A DNA stretch of 32,000 nt. Origin: Caldivirga maquilingensis IC-167 (GTDB lineage Archaea; Thermoproteota; Thermoprotei; Thermoproteales; Thermocladiaceae). Location of the stretch: contig NC_009954.1 in assembly GCF_000018305.1 (NCBI RefSeq), positions 240,001 through 272,000 of the forward strand, written 5' to 3'. Numbering within the stretch: the stretch's first letter is position 1; the number at the start of each line of letters is the position of its first letter. This document shows positions 1-9,538 of the stretch, one piece after another. A model generated the notes under the pieces. It was given only the letters and a program-made list of their open reading frames with translations, was not told where the DNA came from and did not search any database. Made by a program: the position numbers and the translations under genes.

Positions 1-144
1 CTTAACCCTCCTCCAATTCCTACGCTTAGTATTGTACGTAACCTTCCTGTCTGTTTTAACCATGACCCAGGCTGGTGGATTCCTATTAGACTTCCCTGCT
101 GACGCCAGCCTGAGCTTGAAGCCCAATGGCTTATGGGTAGCCAT
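1..144 (-). CDS. rpl39e: 50S ribosomal protein L39e (3' end cut by window edge)
   Basis: Not in the ORF track. My own minus-strand translation from the ATG at 144 gives [48 protein letters not shown] and runs off the window. It has the basic KPLxxKLRL...NWRR pattern typical of archaeal/eukaryotic L39e. It starts 5 nt after the stop of the PDCD5-like gene, as in the conserved archaeal cluster. Confidence 0.85.
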   Translation of the reverse strand, partial: MATHKPLGFKLRLASAGKSNRNPPAWVMVKTDRKVTYNTKRRNWRRVK

Positions 145-149
145 ATTAC

Positions 150-500
150 TCACCTGAACCTTATCCTATACTCCCTCCTGGTTTGGCTATAGACCGTTTC
201 CAGTATCTTTTTAAGTTCTTCGTCTGTTATAGGAACCTTAATTCTACCTGACTGAGCTAGGGCAATTAACTGATTCTCAATTGATTCAACTAACTCAGGT
301 TTAATAAGCCTAAGGTTATCAAGCCTACTCCTAGCCTCTGGGGTTAATATAACCCTTATAACAGCCCTCCTCTGAGCCTCCTCAGCCCTCTTCCTCTCCT
401 CTTCCTCAGCCTTACGCTGAAGCTCCTCAAGCCTTCTTCTCCTAGCCTCCTCAAGCTCATCCTCATCTTGAATATTATCCTCATCGTCGTAGTAACTCAT
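150..500 (-). CDS. PDCD5/TFAR19-like double-stranded DNA-binding protein
   Basis: 116 aa with an acidic N-terminus, a charged E/R/K helix, then [19 protein letters not shown]...[14 protein letters not shown], typical of the archaeal PDCD5-like family. A TATA-like TTTTTAAAG lies about 27 nt upstream on the minus strand. Confidence 0.8.
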   Translation of the reverse strand: MSYYDDEDNIQDEDELEEARRRRLEELQRKAEEEERKRAEEAQRRAVIRVILTPEARSRLDNLRLIKPELVESIENQLIALAQSGRIKVPITDEELKKILETVYSQTRREYRIRFR

Positions 501-766
501 ACATCACTAAGTTGCGCATTGGCTTTAAAAACCTAATGCCGGTCGCCTTCATGAAGTAAGCATCATGGTCATGAGGCGATTAATCAATGATTATTACCCA
601 GGCTTTAAGTTAAGTGTAAATTGCTTCCTTATTTTACAAACTACTAAGTGTCAATAATAACTATGAAGCATTTAATCCACTTTAAGAACACATACCTTTA
701 CATAATGAAGTAGGGGAATATAAATTATATAATAATATATTGTATTAAATAAAATAACTAGAAAAC

Positions 767-774
767 TTTATAAA
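767..774 (+). promoter_or_regulatory. TATA box (TTTATAAA) upstream of gdhA
   Basis: TTTATAAA is centred about 27 nt upstream of the GTG at 797 and about 36 nt upstream of the ATG at 806. This spacing is typical of crenarchaeal leaderless or short-leader promoters. Confidence 0.5.
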
Positions 775-796
775 GGCATGCAGATAGTACCCTCAG

Positions 797-2080
797 GTGA
801 ACTATATGAACTCTGTACTGGGAATGCCCACGCAGTCAATATTCCTCCAGGACACGTTGAAAACTTTAATGAGAGCTGTTGAAGTAGGGGGATTCGATAA
901 GATTGTATATGATTACTTATCCAGACCCATGAGGGTTATCGCCGTGTCAATACCAGTTAGGGTTAATGGGTCAATTACAATATTTGAGGGCTACAGGGTT
1001 CAGCACAATAATGCCTTAGGTCCATTTAAAGGCGGTATTAGATTCCACCCAGAGGTTACCTTAGGCGATGACATTGCATTAGCAACACTCATGACGCTTA
1101 AGAACTCCCTAGCCGGTATACCATACGGTGGTGGTAAGGGTGCTGTGAGGGTTAATCCAAAGACCCTTAAGGCGAAGGAACTTGAGGAATTGGCAAGGGG
1201 TTACGTTAGGGCATTATACAGTGCCCTAGGACCTGATGTTGATATCCCAGCACCGGACGTTGGAACAAACCCACAGATAATGGCCTGGATGGTTGATGAG
1301 TATAGTAAAATAGCTGGTAAGAACATTCCCGCAGTATTCACCGCGAAGCCTATTGAACTATGGGGTAACCCAGTGAGGGAGTACGCCACTGGGTATGGTG
1401 TAATAGTTGCTGCTGAAACCTTCATGAAGGAGCTCTTCGGCTCAGGATTAAGTGGAGCCAGGGTTTCAATACATGGGTTCGGGAACACTGGGCAGTGGGC
1501 GGCATACTGGGCCAGTAAAATGGGTGCTAAGGTTGTAGCTGTGGCCGATACCTCAGGTACGGTTTACGACCCCAATGGTATTGATGTTAATAAGGCCATG
1601 GAGGTTAAGAATAAGACAGGTAAGGTTATTGACTACCCCGGTGGCCAGAAGCTTAAACCCGATGATGCATTATACGTTAACGCTGATGTACTGGTACCAG
1701 CCGCAATAGAGAACACTATTAATGCAAGTAATGTATCAAGGGTTAAGGCTAAGTTAATAGTTGAGGGTGCCAATGGGCCAACAACCCCGGAGGCCGAGGA
1801 GTATTTGACGCAACACGGCGTAACCATAGTGCCCGATATACTAGCCAATGCGGGTGGAGTCATAATGAGTTACCTGGAGTGGGTTGAGAATCTCCAGTGG
1901 ATGACTTGGAGTGAGGATGAGACAAGGGATAGATTAGGGAAGATTATGGAGAATAATTCAAGGAAAGTAATGAATAAGTACAGTGAGTTAAAGGTCAAGA
2001 ATGCCACTGTAAGGGATGCTGCATTGGTGCTAGCCATAGAGAGAGTGGAGAAGGCAATGAAACTAAGAGGATGGATTTAA
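797..2080 (+). CDS. gdhA: NAD(P)-dependent glutamate dehydrogenase
   Basis: 427 aa with the GDH signatures KGGIRFHP and [10 protein letters not shown] and a GFGNTG dinucleotide-binding loop. The start could be the ATG at 806 instead of the GTG at 797. Confidence 0.95.
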   Translation: MNYMNSVLGMPTQSIFLQDTLKTLMRAVEVGGFDKIVYDYLSRPMRVIAVSIPVRVNGSITIFEGYRVQHNNALGPFKGGIRFHPEVTLGDDIALATLMTLKNSLAGIPYGGGKGAVRVNPKTLKAKELEELARGYVRALYSALGPDVDIPAPDVGTNPQIMAWMVDEYSKIAGKNIPAVFTAKPIELWGNPVREYATGYGVIVAAETFMKELFGSGLSGARVSIHGFGNTGQWAAYWASKMGAKVVAVADTSGTVYDPNGIDVNKAMEVKNKTGKVIDYPGGQKLKPDDALYVNADVLVPAAIENTINASNVSRVKAKLIVEGANGPTTPEAEEYLTQHGVTIVPDILANAGGVIMSYLEWVENLQWMTWSEDETRDRLGKIMENNSRKVMNKYSELKVKNATVRDAALVLAIERVEKAMKLRGWI

Positions 2081-2131
2081 TCAGTTGGCTTAAACAATAA
2101 AGGTTTATTTAAATTATTTTCACATAAAGTA

Positions 2132-3634
2132 TTATTCAGGCGGTATTTCCATGAACACCAGTGATATATCTAGTCCCCTTCTTAAGTTAATGTGCCTTGC
2201 TATGAAGTATATAGCTATCCCCACCAACACAGCTCCTATTTCAACACCGTATGCTAATGGATTACCACCCCAGATGCTTGGGTACTCTAGGAATTGATAA
2301 GATATGTAACCCATAACCCCAACCATCAGTATACTTGCCACGGCTAAGGTTACCCTAACACCTCTACTTAACTTAACCTTATTAAGAATAGCCGCAACCG
2401 CCGCGGCTACGCCGACTAGGGCGAAGTATATTAATGCCTCCACCACTGCACCGTATAGGCTTGAGAAGGTGCTGTATAATGCTTCAGCTGAGGCTATTAA
2501 TGCTGCTGTTATGACTAAGTCGAATAAATGCGCATAGACTGGGCTCCTTAGACGTGGACTTACGTATGAGAAGAACTCCGGTAGTATCCTATCAAAGGAT
2601 AATGCGAATAAGTAGCGTACGATCACTATGGCTCCATAGGCTAACACCGCCAAGTACCATAACACTGACCCAATCCCTATTATCCAAGCCAACACCACAT
2701 TACCTGAGGCAACCATTGCCGCTGACCAGAAGTTAACGTAACCATTAGCCATAGCCATTGTGGAGAACCTAAACCCCATTGAGTAATACATTGCTGCGAA
2801 GCCGAGGGTCACCATGATCATTGATAAGACTGCTGATGTCGGTAGATTCCAGTTAATGGCGCGCCTACTCTTTATCTCCGATGCTATTGCAGGTGCTGCC
2901 TGAAGCCATGGGTATATGTATATTGCGAAGAAGGGTAGCATCATTATTGTTGGGCCTAGTGCGAAGTATGGGCCAGTGTACTGTGAAGCAACCTTACTAT
3001 ACGTTACACCACTTGGTAAGAGTGAGCTGACTCGACTTATAACCACTGATTTAGGTACTACGTATAGTACCGCTAAGGCTAAGAAGAGTGTGACTATTGA
3101 TGCAATGGTTAACACAGTCATTAACCTAATACCATACTTAGTACCCATTATGTTCACGAAGACTACTATGGCGAAGTAAAGGATGCCGATTCCAATAACC
3201 TCAAGGGGGGTGAAGCTGATGTTAATGCCTAGGGTTGATAACATTGTACCCAACTGCCCCACCCCAGCTATGGCTATTAAGGCATAGTAGGCCAGTGACT
3301 CTATTATGAAGCCTACGACAAGGCCTACTACAAGCCACGTGAACCTTGGGCCAAGTAGCCTACTAACCCATACGTAGTCTCCTCCTGTTCTTGGTATGTG
3401 TTTTGTTAGTGTTGTGTATGTTATTATTTGTGGTATTGATAGTGTGAAGGCTATTATTGATGCTGCAACTAGGTTAACACCAGACACTGAGGGTAAGGAG
3501 GCTAGTGTAAAACCAACAGTACCCAAAGCAGCACCAACAGACATATTAGCAACATTAACACTAACAGCATCAACAAAACCAGCCTCCCTAACCAAACCAG
3601 TAGAACCCCTAACAAACAAACCCTTATCGCTCAC
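2132..3634 (-). CDS. APC-superfamily amino acid permease
   Basis: 500 aa, about 12 hydrophobic segments, APC-type N-terminus. The GTG start has a TTTATAAATT box about 25 nt upstream on the minus strand. A diverged copy of its C-terminal third recurs at 20390-20944. Confidence 0.85.
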   Translation of the reverse strand: MSDKGLFVRGSTGLVREAGFVDAVSVNVANMSVGAALGTVGFTLASLPSVSGVNLVAASIIAFTLSIPQIITYTTLTKHIPRTGGDYVWVSRLLGPRFTWLVVGLVVGFIIESLAYYALIAIAGVGQLGTMLSTLGINISFTPLEVIGIGILYFAIVVFVNIMGTKYGIRLMTVLTIASIVTLFLALAVLYVVPKSVVISRVSSLLPSGVTYSKVASQYTGPYFALGPTIMMLPFFAIYIYPWLQAAPAIASEIKSRRAINWNLPTSAVLSMIMVTLGFAAMYYSMGFRFSTMAMANGYVNFWSAAMVASGNVVLAWIIGIGSVLWYLAVLAYGAIVIVRYLFALSFDRILPEFFSYVSPRLRSPVYAHLFDLVITAALIASAEALYSTFSSLYGAVVEALIYFALVGVAAAVAAILNKVKLSRGVRVTLAVASILMVGVMGYISYQFLEYPSIWGGNPLAYGVEIGAVLVGIAIYFIARHINLRRGLDISLVFMEIPPE

Positions 3635-3754
3635 GCAACTCCTTAATTAAACCAATTTATAAACCATTTCCCTTAATTAAATGATTCCTTTAATTACTTA
3701 ATTAAATTTATATGTTAAACTAATTGTTAAATACGCTTAAATCCCAGGAGCATT

Positions 3755-4807
3755 ATGGATGCCGCAACATTATCTAAACTAACCCTTGAGATTGGCCCAT
3801 CAGGTTTCGAAGATAGGGTGATAAGAACAATAATAAGCATGATTAGAAATCGTGTTGATGAAGTTAATGTAGATAACATGGGTAACCTAATAGCGAGGAT
3901 TGGTAATGGTCCTTTTAAACTAATGATAAGTGCCCATGCTGATGAAGTAGGTGTTATGGTTTCACACATTGATCAAAGAGGCTTCATTAAGGTTGTTCCA
4001 ATAGGTGGGATTGATCCATGGGTTATGATTGAGCAGGAGTTAGTTTTCATGGGACGTAACGGTGACATATATGGCACTGTTGGTGTTGATCCACCGCACT
4101 TAAGGAGGGATAAGCCTCCATCCAGGTTTGAGGAGCTTTACGTTGATGCCGGCTTCACCTCTAATGATGAAGCCTTTAAGGCAGGTATATTACCTGGTGT
4201 GGCAGGGACCTTTGCGGCGTCATTTAGGGAGAGGGGCAGTGTAGTAATAGGTAAGGCGTTAGATAATAGAGTCGGCTGCAGTGTACTTGTGGATTTAGCT
4301 GAGGAGGCTGGGGGAATGGTTACCGGTGACTTATCCCTTTACCTGGTTTGGAATACGCAGGAGGAGGTTGGGTTAAGGGGTATAAATGCGGCTGTTAACG
4401 CCATTAACCCAAACATGGCCATTGTCGTTGAAACAACCGTTGCCGCAGATGTTCCAACTAATCCCGAGAATGAATGGATAACTAGGATAGGTAATGGTGC
4501 TGCAATTAGGGCTTTAGATAGATCCATGATAACTAACCCACGGTTACTATCAGCCGTATTGGAGTTAGCATCATCAAGGGGAATTAAGTACCAGGTTCAA
4601 GTCAACCCATATGGTGGCACTGACGCCGGTGCTATACATGTCCACGGTACAGGTGTACCAACAGTAGTTGTATCTACACCAGCCAGGTATATCCACACAC
4701 CCCACTCAGTGGTTAATCTCAGTGATGTTGAGCAGGTTAAGTCAATGATCACCCTAATAGTGAGGGAACATGCTGAATTAAGTAGGGTAATGAGGATTCA
4801 GGCTTAA
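3755..4807 (+). CDS. M42 family (TET/FrvX-type) aminopeptidase
   Basis: 350 aa with ISAHADEVGVMVSHID...GGIDPW, ALDNRVGC and NTQEEVGLRG metal-ligand motifs characteristic of M42 peptidases. Confidence 0.85.
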   Translation: MDAATLSKLTLEIGPSGFEDRVIRTIISMIRNRVDEVNVDNMGNLIARIGNGPFKLMISAHADEVGVMVSHIDQRGFIKVVPIGGIDPWVMIEQELVFMGRNGDIYGTVGVDPPHLRRDKPPSRFEELYVDAGFTSNDEAFKAGILPGVAGTFAASFRERGSVVIGKALDNRVGCSVLVDLAEEAGGMVTGDLSLYLVWNTQEEVGLRGINAAVNAINPNMAIVVETTVAADVPTNPENEWITRIGNGAAIRALDRSMITNPRLLSAVLELASSRGIKYQVQVNPYGGTDAGAIHVHGTGVPTVVVSTPARYIHTPHSVVNLSDVEQVKSMITLIVREHAELSRVMRIQA

Positions 4808-4873
4808 TCAGTGTTATAACTAATTTAGATTTAGAAAATTAATTTAAATTTAAAATAAATGATCAATGCGTAT

Positions 4874-6046
4874 TTAGAAGGATGGTATTATCTTATGTAT
4901 CATGAATTCCGTATGCCCAAGTAACTCAGCCTTAGTATGCCTACCTCTGGCGACCTCAAGGACAAGGTTAAGTAACCTCTCCCCAGCCTGCTCAACAGTC
5001 TCAGTGCCATTAATCACGGTGCTTGCATCGAAGTCAATGTTCTCCTTCATCTTACCGTATGTGTATGGGTTAGCGGTCACCTTAATCACCGGGGCTATTG
5101 GATTACCGGTTGGAGTCCCCCTACCTGTGGTGAACACTACTAGTGTTGCTCCCCCAGCCACCATACCCACCACTGACATTATGTCGTAACCTGGAGTATC
5201 CATTATCCAGAGGCCCTTACCCTTAACCTCCTCCGCATAATTTAATACGCCTTGAATCTGCCTTGACCCACCCTTAATTATGGCACCAAGCGACTTCTCC
5301 TCAATTGTGGATATGCCTCCAGCTATGTTTCCAGGGGCTGGTTGAGTACCAACTAAGTCAACGTTATGTGATGCAGCTAATTCAACCCACCTCCTAATTG
5401 CATTGTAAACCTTATCAGCCACCTCCTTTGATGCAGCCCTCTTAGCTAAAATATCCTCAGCCCCTATCATCTCAGGGGTCTCCGATAAAATAACTGTTCC
5501 CCCTAAGTCAATTAACCTATCTGACACATAACCCACAACTGGATTTGAGGCTAAGCCTGATGTGGCATCTGAACCACCGCATTCAACACCCATTACTAGT
5601 GATGATGCATCCACTTCAGTTGGCCTCTGGGTAAGAGTCTCCTCAGCCATCCTACTGAGCAACTTAACACCCTTCTCAATAGCCGCTGGTGTACCACCGT
5701 TCTCCTCCTGTATAACCACCCTCTCAACAGGCTTACCTGTCTTGGCTATTTCATCAGCAAGTTCATCAGCCTGAATCTGCTCACATCCAAGGCCAACAAC
5801 TAATACTGCACCCACATTAGGGTTCTTAGCCATTCCAGCAAGAGTCCTCTTAGTGACTTGTAGGTCTGGTTCAAGTTGCCCGCAGCCGAAGGGATTCTCA
5901 ATAGCCACTGCACCCTTTACCTGATCAGCAATTCTACGGGTTACTATGCTTGAGCATATTACTGTTGATAATACTAGGACGTGGTTCCTAATACCAACTC
6001 TACCATCTGGCCTAATGTAACCCATTACCGTTGGCCTACTGCTCAT
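4874..6046 (-). CDS. UxaA/GarD-family sugar-acid dehydratase, large catalytic subunit
   Basis: 390 aa. The sequence GYxRxDGRVGIRNHVLVL...GLGCE...GVECGGSDATSG...VVFTTGRGTP matches the C-terminal domain of altronate/galactarate dehydratases. Its start overlaps the upstream SAF gene by ATGA. Confidence 0.85.
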   Translation of the reverse strand: MSSRPTVMGYIRPDGRVGIRNHVLVLSTVICSSIVTRRIADQVKGAVAIENPFGCGQLEPDLQVTKRTLAGMAKNPNVGAVLVVGLGCEQIQADELADEIAKTGKPVERVVIQEENGGTPAAIEKGVKLLSRMAEETLTQRPTEVDASSLVMGVECGGSDATSGLASNPVVGYVSDRLIDLGGTVILSETPEMIGAEDILAKRAASKEVADKVYNAIRRWVELAASHNVDLVGTQPAPGNIAGGISTIEEKSLGAIIKGGSRQIQGVLNYAEEVKGKGLWIMDTPGYDIMSVVGMVAGGATLVVFTTGRGTPTGNPIAPVIKVTANPYTYGKMKENIDFDASTVINGTETVEQAGERLLNLVLEVARGRHTKAELLGHTEFMIHKIIPSF

Positions 6047-6363
6047 GCACCCTCACCCCTACATACACTATGCACTGAGGTTAAGCTTTCAAGGTTATGA
6101 ACATGAACATGCTCCCCGGCCTTAATATCCCTCTTAGCCCTACCTATGGTGTGACCATACTTCACCACTAGACTGCACTTGGGTATATCCTTTAAGGCGA
6201 ACTTATGGCCGAAGGGTATGTTATCAATAAGTTTAACAGTTAATCTCAGCGACCCTACGTCAAGCGTTATTAAACTACCTGATTTCAAGTCCCTTAAGGC
6301 AACTGCAACATTATCACTAGGACTAAGTACAATAGCCTCCTTAACCGTTGATTCTGCCTTCAC
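6043..6363 (-). CDS. UxaA/GarD-family dehydratase, small SAF-domain subunit
   Basis: 106 aa with the pattern DNVAVAL.DL..G...........I..IPFGHKFALKDI..G..V.KYG..IG.A..DI..GEHVH.HN, the N-terminal SAF module of UxaA. There is a 4-nt overlap with the large subunit. Confidence 0.7.
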   Translation of the reverse strand: MKAESTVKEAIVLSPSDNVAVALRDLKSGSLITLDVGSLRLTVKLIDNIPFGHKFALKDIPKCSLVVKYGHTIGRAKRDIKAGEHVHVHNLESLTSVHSVCRGEGA

Positions 6364-6467
6364 ATTAGCCTTCCCGCATTAGGTTAATTAAGTGTTTCCA
6401 GCTTATTCACTTTACCTAATCATTAATTAAATGCACTGCTTTAAAACACTCTGCCCGTGTTTTAATT

Positions 6468-7352
6468 ATGGGTATTAGGGTTGGTTTCATAGGTTTAGGA
6501 ACCATGGGTGCCCCAATGGCTATGAATATTCATAAGGCAGGATTCCCATTAATAGTGTATAATAGAACCCGCAGTAAGACTGAACCCTTTGCAAGGCTTA
6601 ATATCCCAGTAGCCTCCTCACCAAGGGAGGTTGCTGAGAAGTCTGATGTAGTGATATGCATGCTAACTGATGCGCCGGATCTTGAGCAGGTATTATTCGG
6701 GAAGGAGGGGGTTGTGGAGGGGAGGCATGAGGGGCTTATTGTGGTTGACATGAGCACTAACTCACCTGAATACTCCTTGGAATTCCATAGGAGGTTGAGG
6801 GAATTAGGGGTTGAATTCCTGGATGCACCGGTTACAGGTGGGGATAAGGGTGCTAGGGAGGGTGCATTAACCATAATGGTTGGGGGAAACCGCAATGTCT
6901 TCGATAGGGTTAAGCCAGTCTTCGAAGCCATGGGTAAGGTAATAATATATGCAGGTGACGTAGGGTCTGGTCAACTCTTGAAGTTGATTAATCAAGTGGT
7001 TGTTGGTTTAAATACATTAGCCATGGTTGAGGCCCTTACGTTAGCTAAGAGAACTGGAGCCGATATTAGTAAGGTTCAGCAGGTCTTAACCAGCGGTATG
7101 GGTAATTCAGAAGTAATAAGGCAATTAATGCCCAGGATCCTTTCAGGTGATTTTAAACCTGGCTTTAAGGCCTCCCACTTAAGGAAGGATTTAAAGTACG
7201 TAATTGACTTAGCCACGAAGTTAAATACACCAATGCCCGGTGTTAGTATTCTACTTCAACTTTACAATGCCCTCGTAGCCCTTGGGCTTGGGGAGGAGGG
7301 GACTCAGGCCTTAATTAAGCTCTACGATACATTAACCCGGACTCAAGCATGA
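6468..7352 (+). CDS. Beta-hydroxyacid dehydrogenase (3-hydroxyisobutyrate / tartronate-semialdehyde reductase family)
   Basis: 294 aa with the N-terminal Rossmann motif GFIGLGTMGAPMA and DAPVTGGDKGAREGALTIMVGG, typical of the MmsB/GarR family. Confidence 0.85.
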   Translation: MGIRVGFIGLGTMGAPMAMNIHKAGFPLIVYNRTRSKTEPFARLNIPVASSPREVAEKSDVVICMLTDAPDLEQVLFGKEGVVEGRHEGLIVVDMSTNSPEYSLEFHRRLRELGVEFLDAPVTGGDKGAREGALTIMVGGNRNVFDRVKPVFEAMGKVIIYAGDVGSGQLLKLINQVVVGLNTLAMVEALTLAKRTGADISKVQQVLTSGMGNSEVIRQLMPRILSGDFKPGFKASHLRKDLKYVIDLATKLNTPMPGVSILLQLYNALVALGLGEEGTQALIKLYDTLTRTQA

Positions 7353-7401
7353 CGTAGATTAAAACTTTAATACACCCCATATCAAATACTAGTGAGTAGT
7401 T

Positions 7402-8031
7402 ATGTCGATTTCAGCCCTCCAAAGACCGACACCATCTAGGCTAATGTTAATTAGGTTAAGGACCCAGGAGACACTTTACAGGAGGATTAGGAAGACCGTG
7501 GAGGATGCTAGAAACGCAACACTACAGAGGCTAAGGGCACTTGTACCAACACTGGAGGAGAGGAGGAAGTTATCCTATGGGGAAATCAGTAAGGTTGCTG
7601 AACTTTACCAAATGGCTAAGAATAGGATTGGTGCAGCTGCATTAAGTGTAATGGCTTCATCAACTAAAATTAGGGTTGATGGGTATGTTGAGGATAGGGT
7701 CATAGGTGGTTTAAAGTTCGGTATACTTAATGTTAAGGGTTTCGGTGGACCAACATACGGCATATACAGTATACCGGCTGAATTAGATTCATCATTAACC
7801 AGCCTAGTGTCTATATTACCCATGCTAATGGAGTACGTTAACCTAGAGAACATATTCTACACACTCCTATACAGGGTTAGGGAGTATCAAAGGATGATTA
7901 ACGCAATAGATAACGTCATACTACCTAGGATAAGGGACTCAATAGCCTTCATAAGGCTTGCCCTCGATGAAATGGAGAGGGAGGATTTCGTGAGAAGGGT
8001 TATAATAAATAGGATAATTGGCACGGAGTAA
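7402..8031 (+). CDS. atpD: A/V-type ATP synthase subunit D
   Basis: 209 aa. It has the N-terminal PTPSRLMLIRLR motif and the C-terminal YQRMINAIDNVILPRIRDSIAFIRLALDEMEREDFVRR, which closely resembles the central-stalk D subunit of crenarchaeal ATPases. Confidence 0.85.
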   Translation: MSISALQRPTPSRLMLIRLRTQETLYRRIRKTVEDARNATLQRLRALVPTLEERRKLSYGEISKVAELYQMAKNRIGAAALSVMASSTKIRVDGYVEDRVIGGLKFGILNVKGFGGPTYGIYSIPAELDSSLTSLVSILPMLMEYVNLENIFYTLLYRVREYQRMINAIDNVILPRIRDSIAFIRLALDEMEREDFVRRVIINRIIGTE

Positions 8032-8078
8032 TGATACTTACCTAGATTAAGGCAGGGAAGAGTGAATCTAGGGAAGGG

Positions 8079-8086
8079 TTTATAAA
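8079..8086 (+). promoter_or_regulatory. TATA box (TTTATAAA) upstream of trxB
   Basis: Centred about 27 nt upstream of the ATG at 8109, which argues that 8109 rather than the GTG at 8103 is the real start. Confidence 0.5.
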
Positions 8087-8102
8087 TTATGCACCCCTTG
8101 GA

Positions 8103-9140
8103 GTGGCTATGTCATCCGGAGGCTTATTAACTTCAACAATGCTAAACACAACAGGATTGGAATTATCTGGTGAAGTCGCGGAGAAGCTTAAGGGTAAGGT
8201 ACTTGATACAGTAATAATAGGCGGTGGGCCAGCTGGCCTTAGTGCGGCAATGTATGCAGCCAGGTTTGGTTTAAGCACCGTTGTAATAACTGAAGAGATA
8301 GGTGGTCAAGTTGGTAAGGCCGGTTGGGTTGAGGATTATTTAGGCTATGTTAGGATAACTGGACCTGACTTAGTTAATAAGTTTGAGGAGCATGTAAGAT
8401 ACTATAATGTCCCCATATTAATTGACTCGGTGGAGAGGATTACTATTAGTAATGATTTATTTAAGGTAACCACAGTGTCTGGTGATGAATTCACCTCTAG
8501 GACTGTGATAATTGCAGTGGGTGAGAGGAGGAGGAAATTGAATGTACCAGGGGAGGATAAGTATAGTGGCAAGGGAGTAAGCTACTGCGCCCCCTGTGAT
8601 GCACCCTTGTTTAAGGATAAGGTTGTTGCAGTTGTCGGAGGCGGTGACTCAGCAGCCTCATCAGCATTACTTCTAACAGAATACGCCACTAAGGTTTACC
8701 TAATACATAGGAGAAGCAGCCTTAGGGCTCAACCCATATACCAGGATTTACTACTTAAGAATAGTAAAATTACTATAATTTGGAACACAGTGGTTAAGGA
8801 ACTTAAGGGTGATAAGGTCCTTAAGTCAGCTATCCTACAAAGAACCGATACCGGTGAATTAATGGAATTACCCATTGATGGTATCTTCATTGAAATAGGT
8901 GCAGAACCACCCGTGGAGTTCTTTAAGGTTATTGGGCTTGATTTAGATAAGAATGGTTACATAAACGTTAACACAATGATGGAGACTAATATTAAGGGTA
9001 TTTACGCCGCAGGGGATTGCGTATCCCTAACACCAAGGGGCTTTAGGCAAATCATAACCGCAGCCGCCCAGGGGGCATTAGCGGCGTATTCGGCGTATAA
9101 CTATATTCTCACAAAATATGGTCAAAACAGGGAGAAATAA
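8103..9140 (+). CDS. trxB: Thioredoxin-disulfide reductase
   Basis: It has an FAD-binding GGGPAG motif, the redox-active CAPC (YCAPCDA), and a second dinucleotide motif VVGGGDSAASSAL followed by HRR. About 30 extra N-terminal residues precede the first Rossmann motif. Confidence 0.9.
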   Translation: MAMSSGGLLTSTMLNTTGLELSGEVAEKLKGKVLDTVIIGGGPAGLSAAMYAARFGLSTVVITEEIGGQVGKAGWVEDYLGYVRITGPDLVNKFEEHVRYYNVPILIDSVERITISNDLFKVTTVSGDEFTSRTVIIAVGERRRKLNVPGEDKYSGKGVSYCAPCDAPLFKDKVVAVVGGGDSAASSALLLTEYATKVYLIHRRSSLRAQPIYQDLLLKNSKITIIWNTVVKELKGDKVLKSAILQRTDTGELMELPIDGIFIEIGAEPPVEFFKVIGLDLDKNGYINVNTMMETNIKGIYAAGDCVSLTPRGFRQIITAAAQGALAAYSAYNYILTKYGQNREK

Positions 9141-9538
9141 CTTCATTTAAGAACAGGTTAATCACTGGGCATTAATCAAATCTCGGTTAACAACCTACTC
9201 CAAGTTAAATAAACCCTTAAAAGAAAAACATAATTTAAAATCATTTAAGCCTTAAGGCTTAGTAAATGATTAAGCGGTTAGCTTAATCATAGTGTTTGAC
9301 TTAACCTTAACATTAAGTAGTGTTAGGTTTGAGACCCTGTACCCAAGGCATAATCTAGGGTACAGAATTAGGCAAGGTGAGTACAGGTAACCCCTTAAAT
9401 TAACTACCGTCACTACACTCACCGGGTAATTATTCATGGAACTGTATTAAAAATCTTACGTGAACATATGCTGCAGATTCTAATGCATTTTTATAATGAA
9501 TCTTAATAATACTTACATGTATTATTTATAGTTCTATA

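Noticed and set aside
6699-6734. G-run cluster (GGG..GGGGG..GGGG..GGGG) that could form a G-quadruplex in an otherwise AT-rich sequence
   Set aside because: It lies inside the reductase coding region and is explained by Gly/Glu/Arg codons (KEGVVEGRHEG). One loop exceeds 7 nt, and there is no supporting context.
9141-9538. Whether the hairpin-rich gap is the minimal type-T RNase P RNA known from Pyrobaculum/Caldivirga/Vulcanisaeta, an SRP RNA or a tRNA
   Set aside because: ACAGAAUUAGGC at 9362-9373 faintly recalls the CR-V/P4 strand. However, I find no GAGGAAAGUCC-like CR-I partner on either strand, no SRP helix-8 motif and no tRNA cloverleaf or T-arm. I keep it only as an unclassified ncRNA candidate.
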